DNA from: Somniosus microcephalus
Lineage: Eukaryota
Reading direction: 5' to 3'
DNA: 64,000 nucleotides
Assembly (NCBI GenBank): GCA_052327205.1
Contig: CM126225.1
Coordinates: 8,184,001-8,248,000 of the forward strand
Made by a program: the position numbers and the translations under genes. Below are positions 38,598 to 50,432 of this stretch, piece by piece (position 1 is the stretch's first letter; every line of letters starts with the position of its first letter). Under the pieces are notes generated by a model. It was not told the DNA's origin. It saw only the letters and a list, made by a program, of their open reading frames with translations, and did no database searches.

Positions 38598-39635
38598 TCT
38601 TTTTTTTTCATTTGTTTATGGGATGTGGGTGTCGCTGGCAAGGCCAGCATTTATTGCCCATCCCTAATTGCCCTTGAGAAGGTGGTGGTGAGCCACCGCC
38701 TTGAACCGCTGCATTCCACGTGGTGAAGGTGCAACCACAGTGCTGTTAGGTAGGAAGTTCCTGGATTTTGACCCAGCGACGATGAAGGATCGGCGATATA
38801 CTTCTAAGTCAGGATGGTGTGTGACTTGGAGGGGAACTTGGAGGTGGCGGTGTTCCCATGTGCCTGCTGCCCTCGTCCTTCTAGGTGAAGAGGTCACAGG
38901 TTTGGGAGGTGCTGCCGAAGAAGCCTTGGCGAGTTGCTGCAGTGCTTCTTGTAGATGGTACACACTGCAGCCACGGTGCGCCGGCGGTGGAGGGAGTGAA
39001 TGTTTAAGGTGGTGGATGGGGTGCCAATCAAGCGGGCTGCTTTGCCCTGGATGGTGTCGAACTTCTCGTGTTGTTGGAGCTGCACTCATCCAGGCAAGTG
39101 GAGAGTATTCCATCACACTCCTTACTTGTGCCTTGTAGATGGTGGCAAGGCTTTGGGGAGTCAGGTGGTGAGACACTCGCTGCAGAATACCTAGCCTCTG
39201 ACCTGCTCTTGTTGCTACAGTATTTATGTGGCTGGTCCAGTTAAGTTTCTGGTCAATGGTGACCCCCAGGATGTTGACGGTGGGGGATTTGGCGATGGTA
39301 ATGCCATTGAATGTCAAGAGGCGGTGGTTAGACTCTCGCTTGTTGGAGATAGTCATTGCCTGGCACTTGTGTGGCACGAATGTTACCTGCCACTTATCAG
39401 CCCAAGCCTGAACATTGGCCAGGTCTTGTTGCATGCGGGCATGGACTGTTTCATTATCTGGGGAGCTGTGAATGGCACTGAACACTGTGCAGTCATCAGA
39501 GAACATCCCCATTTCTGACCTTATGTTGGAGGGAAGGTCATTGATAAAGCAGCTGAAGATGGTTGGGCCTAGGACACTGCCCTGAGGAACTCCTGCAGCG
39601 ATGTCCTGGAGCTGTGATAATTGACCTTCAACCAC
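38598..39635 (-). mobile_element. 5'-truncated LINE (CR1-group RT, distinct family); another 3' fragment at 35325-35560
   Basis: GVPQGSVLGPTIFSCFINDLP, FSDD, WADKWQVTF, YKAQVRSVMEYSPLAW; T-tract end. Confidence 0.9.
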
Positions 39636-40137
39636 CTGGAGTACGGTGTAGTTTTGGTCTCCATACCTAAGGGAGGATATACTTGTCTTAAAGGGGGTGC
39701 AACAAAGGTTCACTAGATTGATTCCTGGGATGAGAGGGCTGTCCTAAGAAGCAAAATTGAGTAGAATGGGCCTAGAAGAATGAGAGTTGATCTCATTGAA
39801 ACATACAAGATTCTGAGAGGGCTTGACAGGGTAAATGTTGAGAGGCTGTTTCCCCTGGCTGGAGAGTCTAGAACTAGGGGGCACAGAATAAGGGGTCAGC
39901 CATTTAGGACTGAAGAAATTCCTTCTCTCAGAGGGTGGTGAATCTTTGGAATTCTCTACCCTAAAGGTCTGTGGATGCTCAGTTGTTGAGTATATTCAAG
40001 ACTGAGATCGATAGATTTTTGGACTCGGGCAGGAAAGTGGAGTTGAGGTCGCAGATCAACCATGATCTTATTGAATGGTGGAGCAGGCTTGAGGGGCCGT
40101 ATGGCCGACTCCTGCTCCTAAATCTTATGCTTCTTAT
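39636..40137 (+). mobile_element. CR1-type LINE 3' fragment
   Basis: LEYGV*FWSPYLREDI..QRVVNLWNSLP and CTTATG tail. Confidence 0.88.
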
Positions 40138-40230
40138 AACAGTTATTGTGCTTCAAATGAGTGCATTCTATATGTAGTACTTGATATGTTTGAAATACAT
40201 AACGTCCTATATGCTACTCTCTTTTTCAAG

Positions 40231-40350
40231 CTCAGAAGATGTGCATGAAGCTCAAGCTGATCACAATAGGATGTTCCATTATAATTCCTGTGGCTTTGAC
40301 CTTTCAATGTTTGAAGAATGCTATTCCACATTTTGTGTGAATTCCTTTAG
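40231..40350 (+). pseudogene. Pseudo-exon QKMCMKLKLITIGCSIIIPVALTFQC.., module D
   Basis: CTCTTTTTCAAG| acceptor, TAG|GTATTG donor, 120 nt, phase symmetric. Confidence 0.58.
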
Positions 40351-41719
40351 GTATTGATTGATGTCAATCTTTACATTGTTACAAAGGCAGGTTGTAAATA
40401 GCGGAACAAACATTACTGCACGGTTCCTTCCTTTGCACTACTGATACTCATCAAAAATTTAAAATAAAAAGCAATCAAATCTGTGGAACATTACCATGTG
40501 ACCAGCTGAATAAATCATTTAAGATTAAAAAAACAACAACAAATCCACCAGCCCGAGATGAACTTTACCCAGCATGGACATCGCAAACACAATACATTAA
40601 AAATGAAAGATTCGAAACATAAAAATATTTTTTTTTTTTAAAAAGCAAAACACCTCTGAACCACACAGGAAGAGGTACAAAATAAAATGTTGCAGATCAA
40701 CTGTTGCAAAATGTTATTGGCCAACTGTTTCAGCGAAAATAACTTGGTCCTTGCTCTCTGCAATCTGTTATTAATCAATCTATGGTTTACAGCTAGCTAT
40801 ACTATACTCAAGCATTACGCTACGCAGTGACACCGGAGGTTAAAAAGTTATAATATTCCACTGACTGACAGACAAAAACAGATAAAAATCCCAATGGTGT
40901 CAAATCAAAAGGCAGACTCCAAGCAGATTGTAAACATGAAGCTGCTATTTATGAAGTACATGGATACAGGAACTACAAACATGTGAAGATGAACACAGAT
41001 GACACCATTCTGTTATTGCAGAAGAAAACCCAATGGTACAAATGTTGCTCAACAAAATCAGATCACTATTTATACAATGTTAAAATGTAAACATTACAAC
41101 ACAAGAGATGGAAATGCATTCCACCAAAAATGGTCACCGACAGATCAGGGAGAAAAAGGTGGAAAAAATACATGCCAGGGTAGTCAAAATGTAATACCCA
41201 ATTAAATAAGTTACTTACTCCTCCAAATGCCAGATGATATTGGAGTTTATTTCAGCATCAGTGTCTAAGTGTTTGCAATACTGTATTAACCTAAACATGC
41301 TCATTTCCATGTTCTTGTTGACAGTTTATGGGTTAACTGTTCAAAACTGCGATATCTGAACCATTAGTATAGAACAATATTTATCTTATTTCTCTTTATT
41401 TTAACCATATGTAAAAGGCAATTCATTTGAGTGGTTCTGTACTACAGGTACTTTGAAATTTATAATATTGCACAGATCAAATGACAAACAGTTCCCCGGT
41501 GAAGGCAATTTCAATATTAAAAAACTTGTCTGCTATGGTTTCATTAAGCCATATTTTGTTGATAATCACAATTATGACACATGGTTACTCAGCATTTTCT
41601 TTTGTAAAACATCTACCCTTTCTATTGGAGGTGCAGACTCATATTTGGGTACAGTTCCACAGGTGGCCATTCATGTGAATCTAGATAACAAGTGTCAAAG
41701 CATACACAAAAAAGCTAAT

Positions 41720-42160
41720 ATTTATTTAGTGCTTTATCACATTGCCCAGGAATATCCCAAATCGTTCCACATACAATGATTCAGTGCAATGTCGGTTACT
41801 ATGCAAATAAATGGGCAGCCAAATGCACACAGCCAAGTTCCCACAAACAGCAATGAGATGAATGACCACTTAATGTGCTTTTGGTAGTGCTGGTTGAGGG
41901 AGGAACGTTGGTCAGAACACCAGGCCAACTCCTTACTCGTCTTCAAATAGAGTCAGGGCATCTTTAACATCCACAGGGACAGCTAGACATGGCTTCAGTT
42001 TAAAGTCTCAACTCAAGAATATCACCTCCAACAATGCAGTATTCCCTCAGTATGCACTGGATTGCCAGCGTAGATTATGCACTTAAGTCTTTGAGTGGAG
42101 CTTGAACACATGTTCAGACCCAGCAGCAAGAGTGCTATTAACTGAGCCAGGCTGACACTA
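41720..42160 (-). mobile_element. DeuSINE-type SINE
   Basis: Reverse-complement homologue of 60989-61447. Confidence 0.65.
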
Positions 42161-43189
42161 TTCAACTACAAAGCCACAAATGATCCCTTTCCAGAAGTCA
42201 TCACTGGATTTATCATCAGGATCAGAACGTTAGTTGATTTTTCCAAGGATTCCAAATGAAATTGCAGCATCCCAAATCCTATCGCAGATTAGCACAGAAA
42301 TTAACAAAAATGTAATTCAAAATAGCTTTGGTAACAGAAAGACAAATTTGTCGACCATCACCCTTACAAGCAAAGTTTTTACTAACCACAGAAAAAATAT
42401 ACTATCCCACAAACAGGATATTAATCATTTCTAGTAGATCAGTAGCATTTTGCAAAGGAAATTAAGACCAAGTCTTTGGGTGAAACTATGCTGGGGAGGG
42501 AATCATTGTACCCGGGAACGGAAACATAATTGAGTCCCCATTTTAAAATCTAACGTCTTTATTTTTCTGTATTTCTATTATAAATTCCTGTGCCCACATT
42601 TATAATGGAAACTGCCTATGCGAATTTCCCACACTGTAATTACACCCTCCTGCCAGTGATGATGCTGGGAAAAGTTGACCCCAAAAATGTAACAGAAGAT
42701 GACAACAGGAAGTCAAGTGGCACAGACACAAGATTTTTATTAGAGATAGATTATTAAAATTGCTGTCCTCTGAAGAGATACCAAGAGCCTACAAATAATG
42801 AGCATTTCTTTCAGGCTACATTTTTAAATGACATGTGGCATTTAACAGCCACAAGTCACTTCAACAAGACATCAAAATGCTAGAAATGACTGACTGATGT
42901 TGAATCAAATAACTCTACCCACATACAATTCTATGATCACAAAGACATCCCCTAAATCAGGTACACTACTTCACACATTATCTCAATAGAAAGTTAGAAT
43001 GGTCAATTTGCCAAGAGTAAAGGACATTGGAAGAAACACTCCAGAATAAACCGCTACTATTAACTTACCCTTCAGTATCTGTCTATGAAATAAAACCCAC
43101 ACCTAAATTGAAGAGCTACCAACTTTGCTGCATTCTGGAAGTGCAGGAACAAAGACTTCTTGATCTGTTGCTGAACCTCAGTTCTAAGC

Positions 43190-43680
43190 ATCCTTGCTTC
43201 CATGCATTTGTCACCTCCAGACTAGACTACTCCAAATGTTTCCCTGGCTGGAGTCCTATCTGCACCCTCTAAACTCTGCTGCCCGTATCCTACCTCAAGT
43301 CCAGCTCGCCCACCACCGGACCTCGTTGTAATACCTCAAATTCATTCTTCTGCTTAAATCCTTCCCTGCCTTTCTCTGCAATGTCCTTCAGCTCTGCAAT
43401 CATCCCCCCCACCAAACTCTCCATTCCTGTGACTCTGGTCTCATGAAGCCCCTGTCCCATCTGCCCTCCGTGCCTCAGCCGCCTAGGCCCCACACTGGCA
43501 TTCCCTCCCGAAAACCCACCGTCTCTCCACCTCCCTCTCCTCCTTAAAACCCACCTCTTTGACCAAGTTTTTGGTTGCCCCTCCCAATATCTCCTTCTTT
43601 GGCTCAGCGCCCATTTTGCTCTTACACCTCAGGGAAGCGTTTGTCCATGTTAAAGGTGCTACAAAAGTGCACATTGTTGT
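43190..43680 (+). mobile_element. L2-type LINE 3' fragment
   Basis: HAFVTSRLDYS motif and L2 tail. Confidence 0.8.
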
Positions 43681-43845
43681 GGCTGCTTAGAACTTACAAT
43701 GTGGGGGAAACTGAAGTTTGAAAACAGATGCCCAGTTTTTCCATGCAAGCCTAAGCAAGGCAGCAAAAAGGACCAAGTAGCTACCTATGGGTCAAATTAA
43801 GATTATTTTTTAAAATTCCACATGTAATATGTATTTACAGGTGAA

Positions 43846-45087
43846 ACATAGAAGATAGGAGCAAGAGTAGGCCATTCGGCCCCTCGAGCCTGCTCCGCCA
43901 TTTAATGAGATCATGGCTGATCATCCAAATTCAGTACCCTGTCCCTACCTTCTCCCTATATCCCTTGATCCCTTTAGCCTTAAGAAATATATCTAACTCC
44001 TTCTTGAATATGTTCAATGAATTGACCTCAACTGCCTTCTGTGGTAGAGAATTCCACAGGTTCACCACTCTCTGGGTGAAGAAATTCCTCATCTCGGTCC
44101 TAAATGGCTTACCCCTTATCCTTAGACTGTGACCCCTGGTTCTGGACTCCGCCGCCATCAGGAACATCCTTCCTGCATCTAGTCGGTCTAGTCCTGTTAG
44201 AATTTTATAAGTTTCAATGAGATCCCCTCTCATTCTTCTAAACTCCAGCGAGTACAAGTCCAATCAACCCAATCTCTCCTCATACGTCATTCCTGCCATC
44301 CCAGGTATCAGTCTGGTGAATCTTTGCTGCACTCCCTCCATGGCAAGAACATCCTTCCTCAGATAAGGCACCAAAACTGCACACAATACTCAAGATGTGG
44401 TCTCACCAAGGCCCTGTACAATTGCAGCAAGACATCCTTGCTCCTGTACTCAAATCCTCTCGCTATGAAGGCCAACATACCATTTGCCGCTTTAACCACC
44501 TGCTGCACCTGCATGCTTACCTTCAGCGACTGGTGCACAAGGACACCCAGGTCTCGTTGCACTTCTCCTTTTCCCAATCTATTGCCGTTCAGATAATAAT
44601 CTGCCTTCCTGTTTTTGCCACCAAAGTGGATACCCTTGCATTTATCCACATTATACTGAATCTGCCCAATCACCCAACCTGTCCAAATCATACTGGAGTT
44701 TCTCTGCATCCTCCTCACAGCACACACGCCCACCCAGCTTTGTCTCGTCTGCAAACTTGGAAATATTACATCTAGTTCCCTTGTCTAGATCATTAATATA
44801 TATTGTGAATAGCTGGGGTCCTAGCACTGATCCCTGCGGTACCTCACTAGTCACTGCCTGCCACTCAGGAAAAAGACCCGTTTATTCCAACTCTTTGCTT
44901 CCTGTCTGCCAACCAGTTCTCTATCCAAGTCAGTACCTTACCCCCAATCCCATGTGCTTTAACTTTGCACGCTAATCTCTTATGCGGGACCTTATTGAAA
45001 GCCTTCTGAAAGTCCAAATACACTACATCCACTGGTTCTCCCTTATCTATTCTACCAGTTACATCCTCAAAAAATTCCAGTAGATTA
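43846..45087 (-). mobile_element. Young CR1-type LINE, 5'-truncated
   Basis: RT motifs YLDFQKAF, PQGSVLGP, FADE, RPHLEYC; flanked by a GTGAA duplication. Confidence 0.93.
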
Positions 45088-45254
45088 GTGAATATTCCAA
45101 TATAGCCAAAGCACGCTTCCTGGATTCTATTGTTCCAAAGCAGCACTTGGGTCCCGCAGTGTTTATTATGGAATCTTTCCCGGACAGCTGCCATCGATGA
45201 TATCACCAGCGCAGCCCAACAGGAGGGAAGACCCATCTCTGAGGCATTGTGCAG
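45088..45254 (+). pseudogene. Pseudo-exon GEYSNIAKARFLDSIVPKQHLGPAVFIMESFP.., cut from its acceptor (43840) by a CR1
   Basis: GTGAA is duplicated at 43841 and 45088 around the CR1; removing the CR1 restores TTTACAG|GTGAATATTCC. CAG|GTAATA donor. IVPK..FIMESF resembles the LVPK..WRLSF motif. Confidence 0.62.
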
Positions 45255-45684
45255 GTAATAGAACTGATCTTTTTATAAAAATTACACACAGAACTTAAAA
45301 ATAATATATACGAATACTTGGAACAAATTAGACTCCCCCAGAGATTCCTTCTCCTTTAATCTCCCGTGGAAAAGTTAAAGAACGAACTTGCATTTATATC
45401 GTTCCTTTCACGACCTCAGGGCATCCCAGAGCACTTTACAGCCAATGAGGTACTTTGAAGTGTAGTCACTGTTGCAATGTAGGAAACGCAGCTACCAATT
45501 TACACACAGCAATGTTTCACAAACAGCAATGAAATAAAGTTCTGCAAAATTTGTGTCAATCTCAATAAGGCAATCACGTACCAAACTAACCTCGCAATCT
45601 ACACTACTCATCATTGGCCTTCTGGATTCCAACACTGACATTTTATTTACTTTGTTAAGCTTATTTCTTTCTTTCTCTCTCAAG

Positions 45685-45837
45685 AAATGGCAGATGCTAT
45701 CGAAATGACTCAGATTTTGACAACGTTGGCCTTCGCAGCCTCTCAGTCTACAAAAAGACTGAAGTCATTTTACTTACAAATATATCATAGCGTCATCAAT
45801 TTGTAATATGCAATAAATAGTGTGGATTCAAAGGGCA
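45685..45837 (+). pseudogene. Pseudo-exon ..NVGLRSLSVYKKTEVILL.., module D
   Basis: Long pyrimidine tract + CAAG| acceptor; CA|GTAAGT donor. LSVYKKTEVILL resembles LSSYHLKTVLL. Confidence 0.55.
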
Positions 45838-46007
45838 GTAAGTCACCAAAATGTTTAACTTTTACTCCTTAAAAGCTGATCACCAAGATAACAGAAATTG
45901 AAGTAACTTGTATTGCACAGCAATCTATAATTACAGATCTACTTGATGCTTTAACTGAAAATATATTATATCACAAAAAAACTAGTTAAACTAATGTGTC
46001 TCTCCAG

Positions 46008-46285
46008 CACATGTTAAAATGATGTACCGAATAATTTTGGGTGCCTTTGCTAACCCAGGGCATAAACACCAGATCACTACTCCGATGGAGTTTAGGGAAG
46101 AGAGTCTGGAATTTTTCTAGTCTGTATCGCTCAGCTACTCACTGGATGAACTCACTGATCCTTTAAGGATGTTAATACTCAAATATTTTCCAATCCACAA
46201 GAAAACATACACACCAAGTTCTAAAATCTCCCTCACTTTCACAAGCGCAAGACAGTGCAATACAATTAAAGATACCACCAGTTAA
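46008..46285 (+). pseudogene. Probable terminal pseudo-exon HVKMMYRIILGAFANPGHKHQITTPMEFREE..
   Basis: CTCTCCAG| acceptor; 91 codons with one internal TAG; AATAAA at ~46375. Confidence 0.5.
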
Positions 46286-48307
46286 CGCACATTAACCTTT
46301 CACAGTTTAAGCCATCTTCTGAACACTCAAATGCAATTCAGCTTTGTAACTCCCCGATATCTGTCCTCTATATAAATAAATCACTTACTTAGATCGCATT
46401 TCTAAAACTGGGTCAAAATTCCATTGCGCACCCCACCCATCAAATACCAGGCGGCGAGGATGCTGTGAGAAAGATGATGATGCAATTGGGCATTAAGGCT
46501 GTAAAAAGTTGTTTGAAAATAAAAAAAGAAACCACCTGATTTAGAATTTCAACGAACATTAGAGAGTAGGGAATGTTTAACAAGTTGTAATGAGGGTGGA
46601 AGTCAGCTTCAATAGAAACTAGGACTACAACCTAGAAACACTAGCCCTCTCCAAGCCATGACATGCACTGCATCAAAAATAAAGCTACTAATCTCCGTAG
46701 TTTCAAGTTTTGCCAAAGTGGAGAACCATTTGCGGTCAAATTCCTGACCAGCACATTTGCCCAAAAGCTCTCAGGGCAGCACTAGAAGCTCCGGCTAATG
46801 TAATGTTATGCCTGAAATTTGGCACTGTTGATTTATTTGACTGCAAATTTTAAATAAATGTTATTATCAATGTATTTATTGAACATTACTTACATTTGCT
46901 TCTGCTGCTTAGCTATAAAATCTAAGCAATAAAAAAGGTAAATGGCTGTGTAAATCAAAAGTCAATTAAACCGAGCTTAAAGTAAAGGCTGATAAATGAT
47001 ATACAGAAATACATAGATCTGTCCTTTTAAGTGACGCTAAGCTTAGATCAATCCAAATGAACGTTTTCCTAGACTACACAACCAAGCTCTGGAAATCCAG
47101 TTTCCGCAGCTTTCTATGCTGCTACTGTTTCATAATCCTCAGTCCACCCCCCAAACCTACCTGTCTTTCTAACCTCCCCCCTCCAATCCAAGGGTTGGCA
47201 GATGATCTGCTCCTCAGCTATGCTGCCAATGCTAGTTTCTAGCTGCACCAGCAGGCCAATTTCCCCTCTTGTTGAAATGATCTCCGATCCATTCACTGCA
47301 GCCCCCAAGTGGCCCAACCAAAATCGAGAACACACCATTTAAATGAATGCGCAATGACATCTCCCATTAATTTTCCCATTTGAAAAACTGGCTCAAGAAG
47401 CTATATGTAAAGGCAAGAAAATTCTCCTGTTCCCAATTTCTTAAATTAACCCAATACCCCTTTTCTAATTGGCACAATTCCCACTGTGCAATTTACACAC
47501 AAACTTGGTTTAAAAAAAACTTTTAGCAAGGTCTTCAAATAATCTACAGAAAGTAGTATTTCGATGTTGGATTAAGCACGCCGACAGTAATTTATCCACA
47601 CTCAATAAAATGTTTCTTGATGAAAGTACAAACTTTTTACAGCATGTAACAAACAATACAGAATCATAACTTCAGAAAAGATCAGGTCTGATTAACGAAG
47701 AACAATGTGCCCTGTTTCACTATATGCCTAGACTAACGTGCAATTAATCTAATTTCATTGAAATGAATAGGTTCTCTTGCAACATTATCCTTTCCTAGAA
47801 TGGTTACATTTTGTATGTTTCGGTTGCAATTACAAACAGAAAGACACCAACTTGAAGTTGTTACCATTCCCCCTGACGGTGTTTTAGCAAGACTATGTTG
47901 CATCAACATGCTTTAAAGGTTATGCTACACAGAAGGCAACTGGCAAGTTGCCAACATTAACATAGAAATCAGTCTCTGGTTAAATCTCATGCTCATGTAA
48001 AACAGATCAGTTTTACATAGGCAACAATACGTTTTAATAAGAAGAGTGGTTAGGGGAGATATTGGAACTGTAAAGAATAAAAATGGTAGATTAGTGGAAA
48101 ATGAAGGGGAAAGGTAGAATGAGTTGATGGTTTTCTACAAGTATTCAATAAGGTGGAGGATTGTCACTCACCAGCAAGTTATTATTGTACAATAAATGTG
48201 TTCTGGTCATGAACTTAGAAGCAAATCAAAACTTGATAAATTAGGAAGCACAACAAACCAGGAGGAAAAATGCAAGAGACCGACAAGTTAGGAGAGTGGA
48301 TAGATAG

Positions 48308-49562
48308 AAACATAGAAGATAGGAGCAGGAGTAGGCCATTCGGCCCCTCGAGCCTGCTCCGCCATTTAATGGGATCATGGCTGATCATCCAAATTCAGTA
48401 CCCTGTCCCTGCCTTCTCCCCATATCCCTTGATCCCTTTAGCCTTAAGAAATATATCTAACTCCTTCTTGAATATGTTTAATGAATTGGCCTCAACTGCC
48501 TTGTGTGGTAGAGAATTCCACAGGTTCACCACTCTCTGGGTGAAGAAATTCCTCATCTCAGTCCTAAATGGCTTACCCCTTATCCTTAGACTGTGACCCC
48601 TGGTTCTGGACTCCCCGCCATCGGGGACATCCTTCCTGCATCTAGTCTGTCTAGTCCTGTTAGAATTTTATAAGTTTCAATGAGATCCCCTCTCATTCTT
48701 CTAAACTCCAGCGAATATAAGCCTAATCGACCCAATCTCTCCTCATACGTCATTCCTGCCATCCCAGGTATCAGTCTGGTGAATCTTTGCTGCACTCCCT
48801 CCATGGCAAGAACATCCTTCCTCAGATAAGGTGACCAAAACTGCGCACAGTACTCAAGATGTGGTCTCACCAAGGCCCTGTACAACAGCAGCAAGACATC
48901 CTTGCTCCTGTACTCAAATCCTCTCGCTATGAAGGCCAACATACCATTTGCCTTCTTAACCGCCTGCTGCACCTGCATGCTTACCTTCAGCGACTGGTGC
49001 ACAAGGACACCCAGGTCTCGTTGCACTTCCCCTTCTCCCAAGCTATTGTGTTCTGTCTTCCTATTTTTGCCACCGAAGCGGATAACCTTGCATTTATCCA
49101 CATTATACTGCATTTGCCATGCATCTGCCCAATCACCCAACCTGTCCAAATCATACTGGAGTTTCTCTGCATCCTCCTCACAGCACACATGCCCACCCAG
49201 CTTTGTGTCATCTGCAAACTTGGAGATATTACATCTAGTTCCCTCGTCTAGATCATTTATATATATTGTGAATAGCTGGGGTCCTAGCACCGATCCCTGC
49301 GGTATCCCACTAGTCACTGGCTGCCACTCAGAAAAAGACCCGTTTATTCCAACTCTTTGCTTCCTGTCTGCCAACCAGTTCTCTATCCAAGACAGTACCT
49401 TACCCCCAATCCCGTGTGCTTTAACTTTGCATGCTAATCTCTTTTGCGGGACCTTATCGAAAGCCTTCTGAAACGCCAAATACACCACATCCACTGGTTC
49501 TCCCTTATCTATTTTACCAGTTACATCCTCAAAAAATTCCAGTAGATTAGTCAAGCATGATT
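48308..49562 (-). mobile_element. Young CR1-type LINE, 5'-truncated, inside an older plus-strand CR1 (48030-49990)
   Basis: 322-aa ORF with PQGSVLGP and FADDTKL; near-identical to 43846-45087. Confidence 0.93.
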
Positions 49563-49994
49563 TACAGCAATTGCAATTTGCAGATAAATGGGATGGTGTA
49601 CATTTTAGGGAAAAATAATAAAATGTAAATACTGTATACCCTAAATAGTAAAGTTATCAATGGAGTAGACGAAGAGAGATCTGGAGCTAGAGTCACAGGT
49701 CTTTAAAAGTAGCATTGCAGGTGTAAAATCCATAAAATGGGCAAATTAGGTTCTACTTTTCCTTATTGGCCCATTGAATACAAAGCAAGGAGGTGCTGAT
49801 GAATCCGTTATGCTGCAGTTGGAGTATTGTTGACAGTTTTAGACCATGGAAAAAAGCTCAACATATAATCACTAAGGTCATACCGGGGATAAGGGGAATA
49901 GTTATGAGGAGAGACTTAAAAAAATGAGGACTCTGTTCACCGCGGCAGAGAAAGTTCAAATGGGTAGAACAGCAATGTTCTGAAAGCATTAACA

Positions 49995-50432
49995 GAACAA
50001 ACTTGTATTTATATAGTGTCCTTTGTGTCCTCAGGGGGTCTCAAAGCACTTCATAGACAATTAATTACTTATGAATTATAGTCACTGTTGTAATGTAGGG
50101 AAAGACAGCAGCCAATTTGAACATAGTAAAGATCCACAAATAACAATGAGCTAATGGCCAGATAATCTGTTTTAGTGATGTTGGTTGAGGGATAAATGTT
50201 GGCAAGACACCAGGAGAACTCCCCTGCTCTTCTTCAAACAGTGCCATGGGATCTTTTACATCCACCCGAGGGGGCAAATGGGGCCTCGGTTTAACGTCTC
50301 ATCCAAAGACAGCACCTGTGACAGCGCTACACTGAAGTGTCAGCCTAGCATTATCCTTTTAAGTCTTTGGAGTAGGGCTTGAACCCACAGCCATCTGAAT
50401 CAGAGGCGAGATTGTTACCACTAAGCCAGGCT
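49995..50432 (-). mobile_element. DeuSINE-type SINE
   Basis: Reverse-complement homologue of 60989-61447. Confidence 0.72.

Larger units (their letters stand above)
2962..46285 (+). pseudogene. Multi-exon pseudogene with tandem Mab-21/cGAS-like (cGLR) NTase-fold modules, nested antisense in NPEPPS intron 1
   Basis: Chain of AG...GT exon remnants with long frames broken by single TGA/TAG/TAA codons. Several are phase 1-1 with lengths divisible by 3 (450, 102, 105, 195, 120 nt). Mab-21-like motifs appear in the expected order. Confidence 0.7.

Noticed and set aside
38664-39713. 349-aa RT ORF as a host gene
   Set aside because: Chimera of two truncated LINEs with a frameshifted C-terminus.
41213-41283. 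Minus-strand AG..GTAAGT segment considered as NPEPPS exon 2
   Set aside because: No frame resembles NPEPPS.
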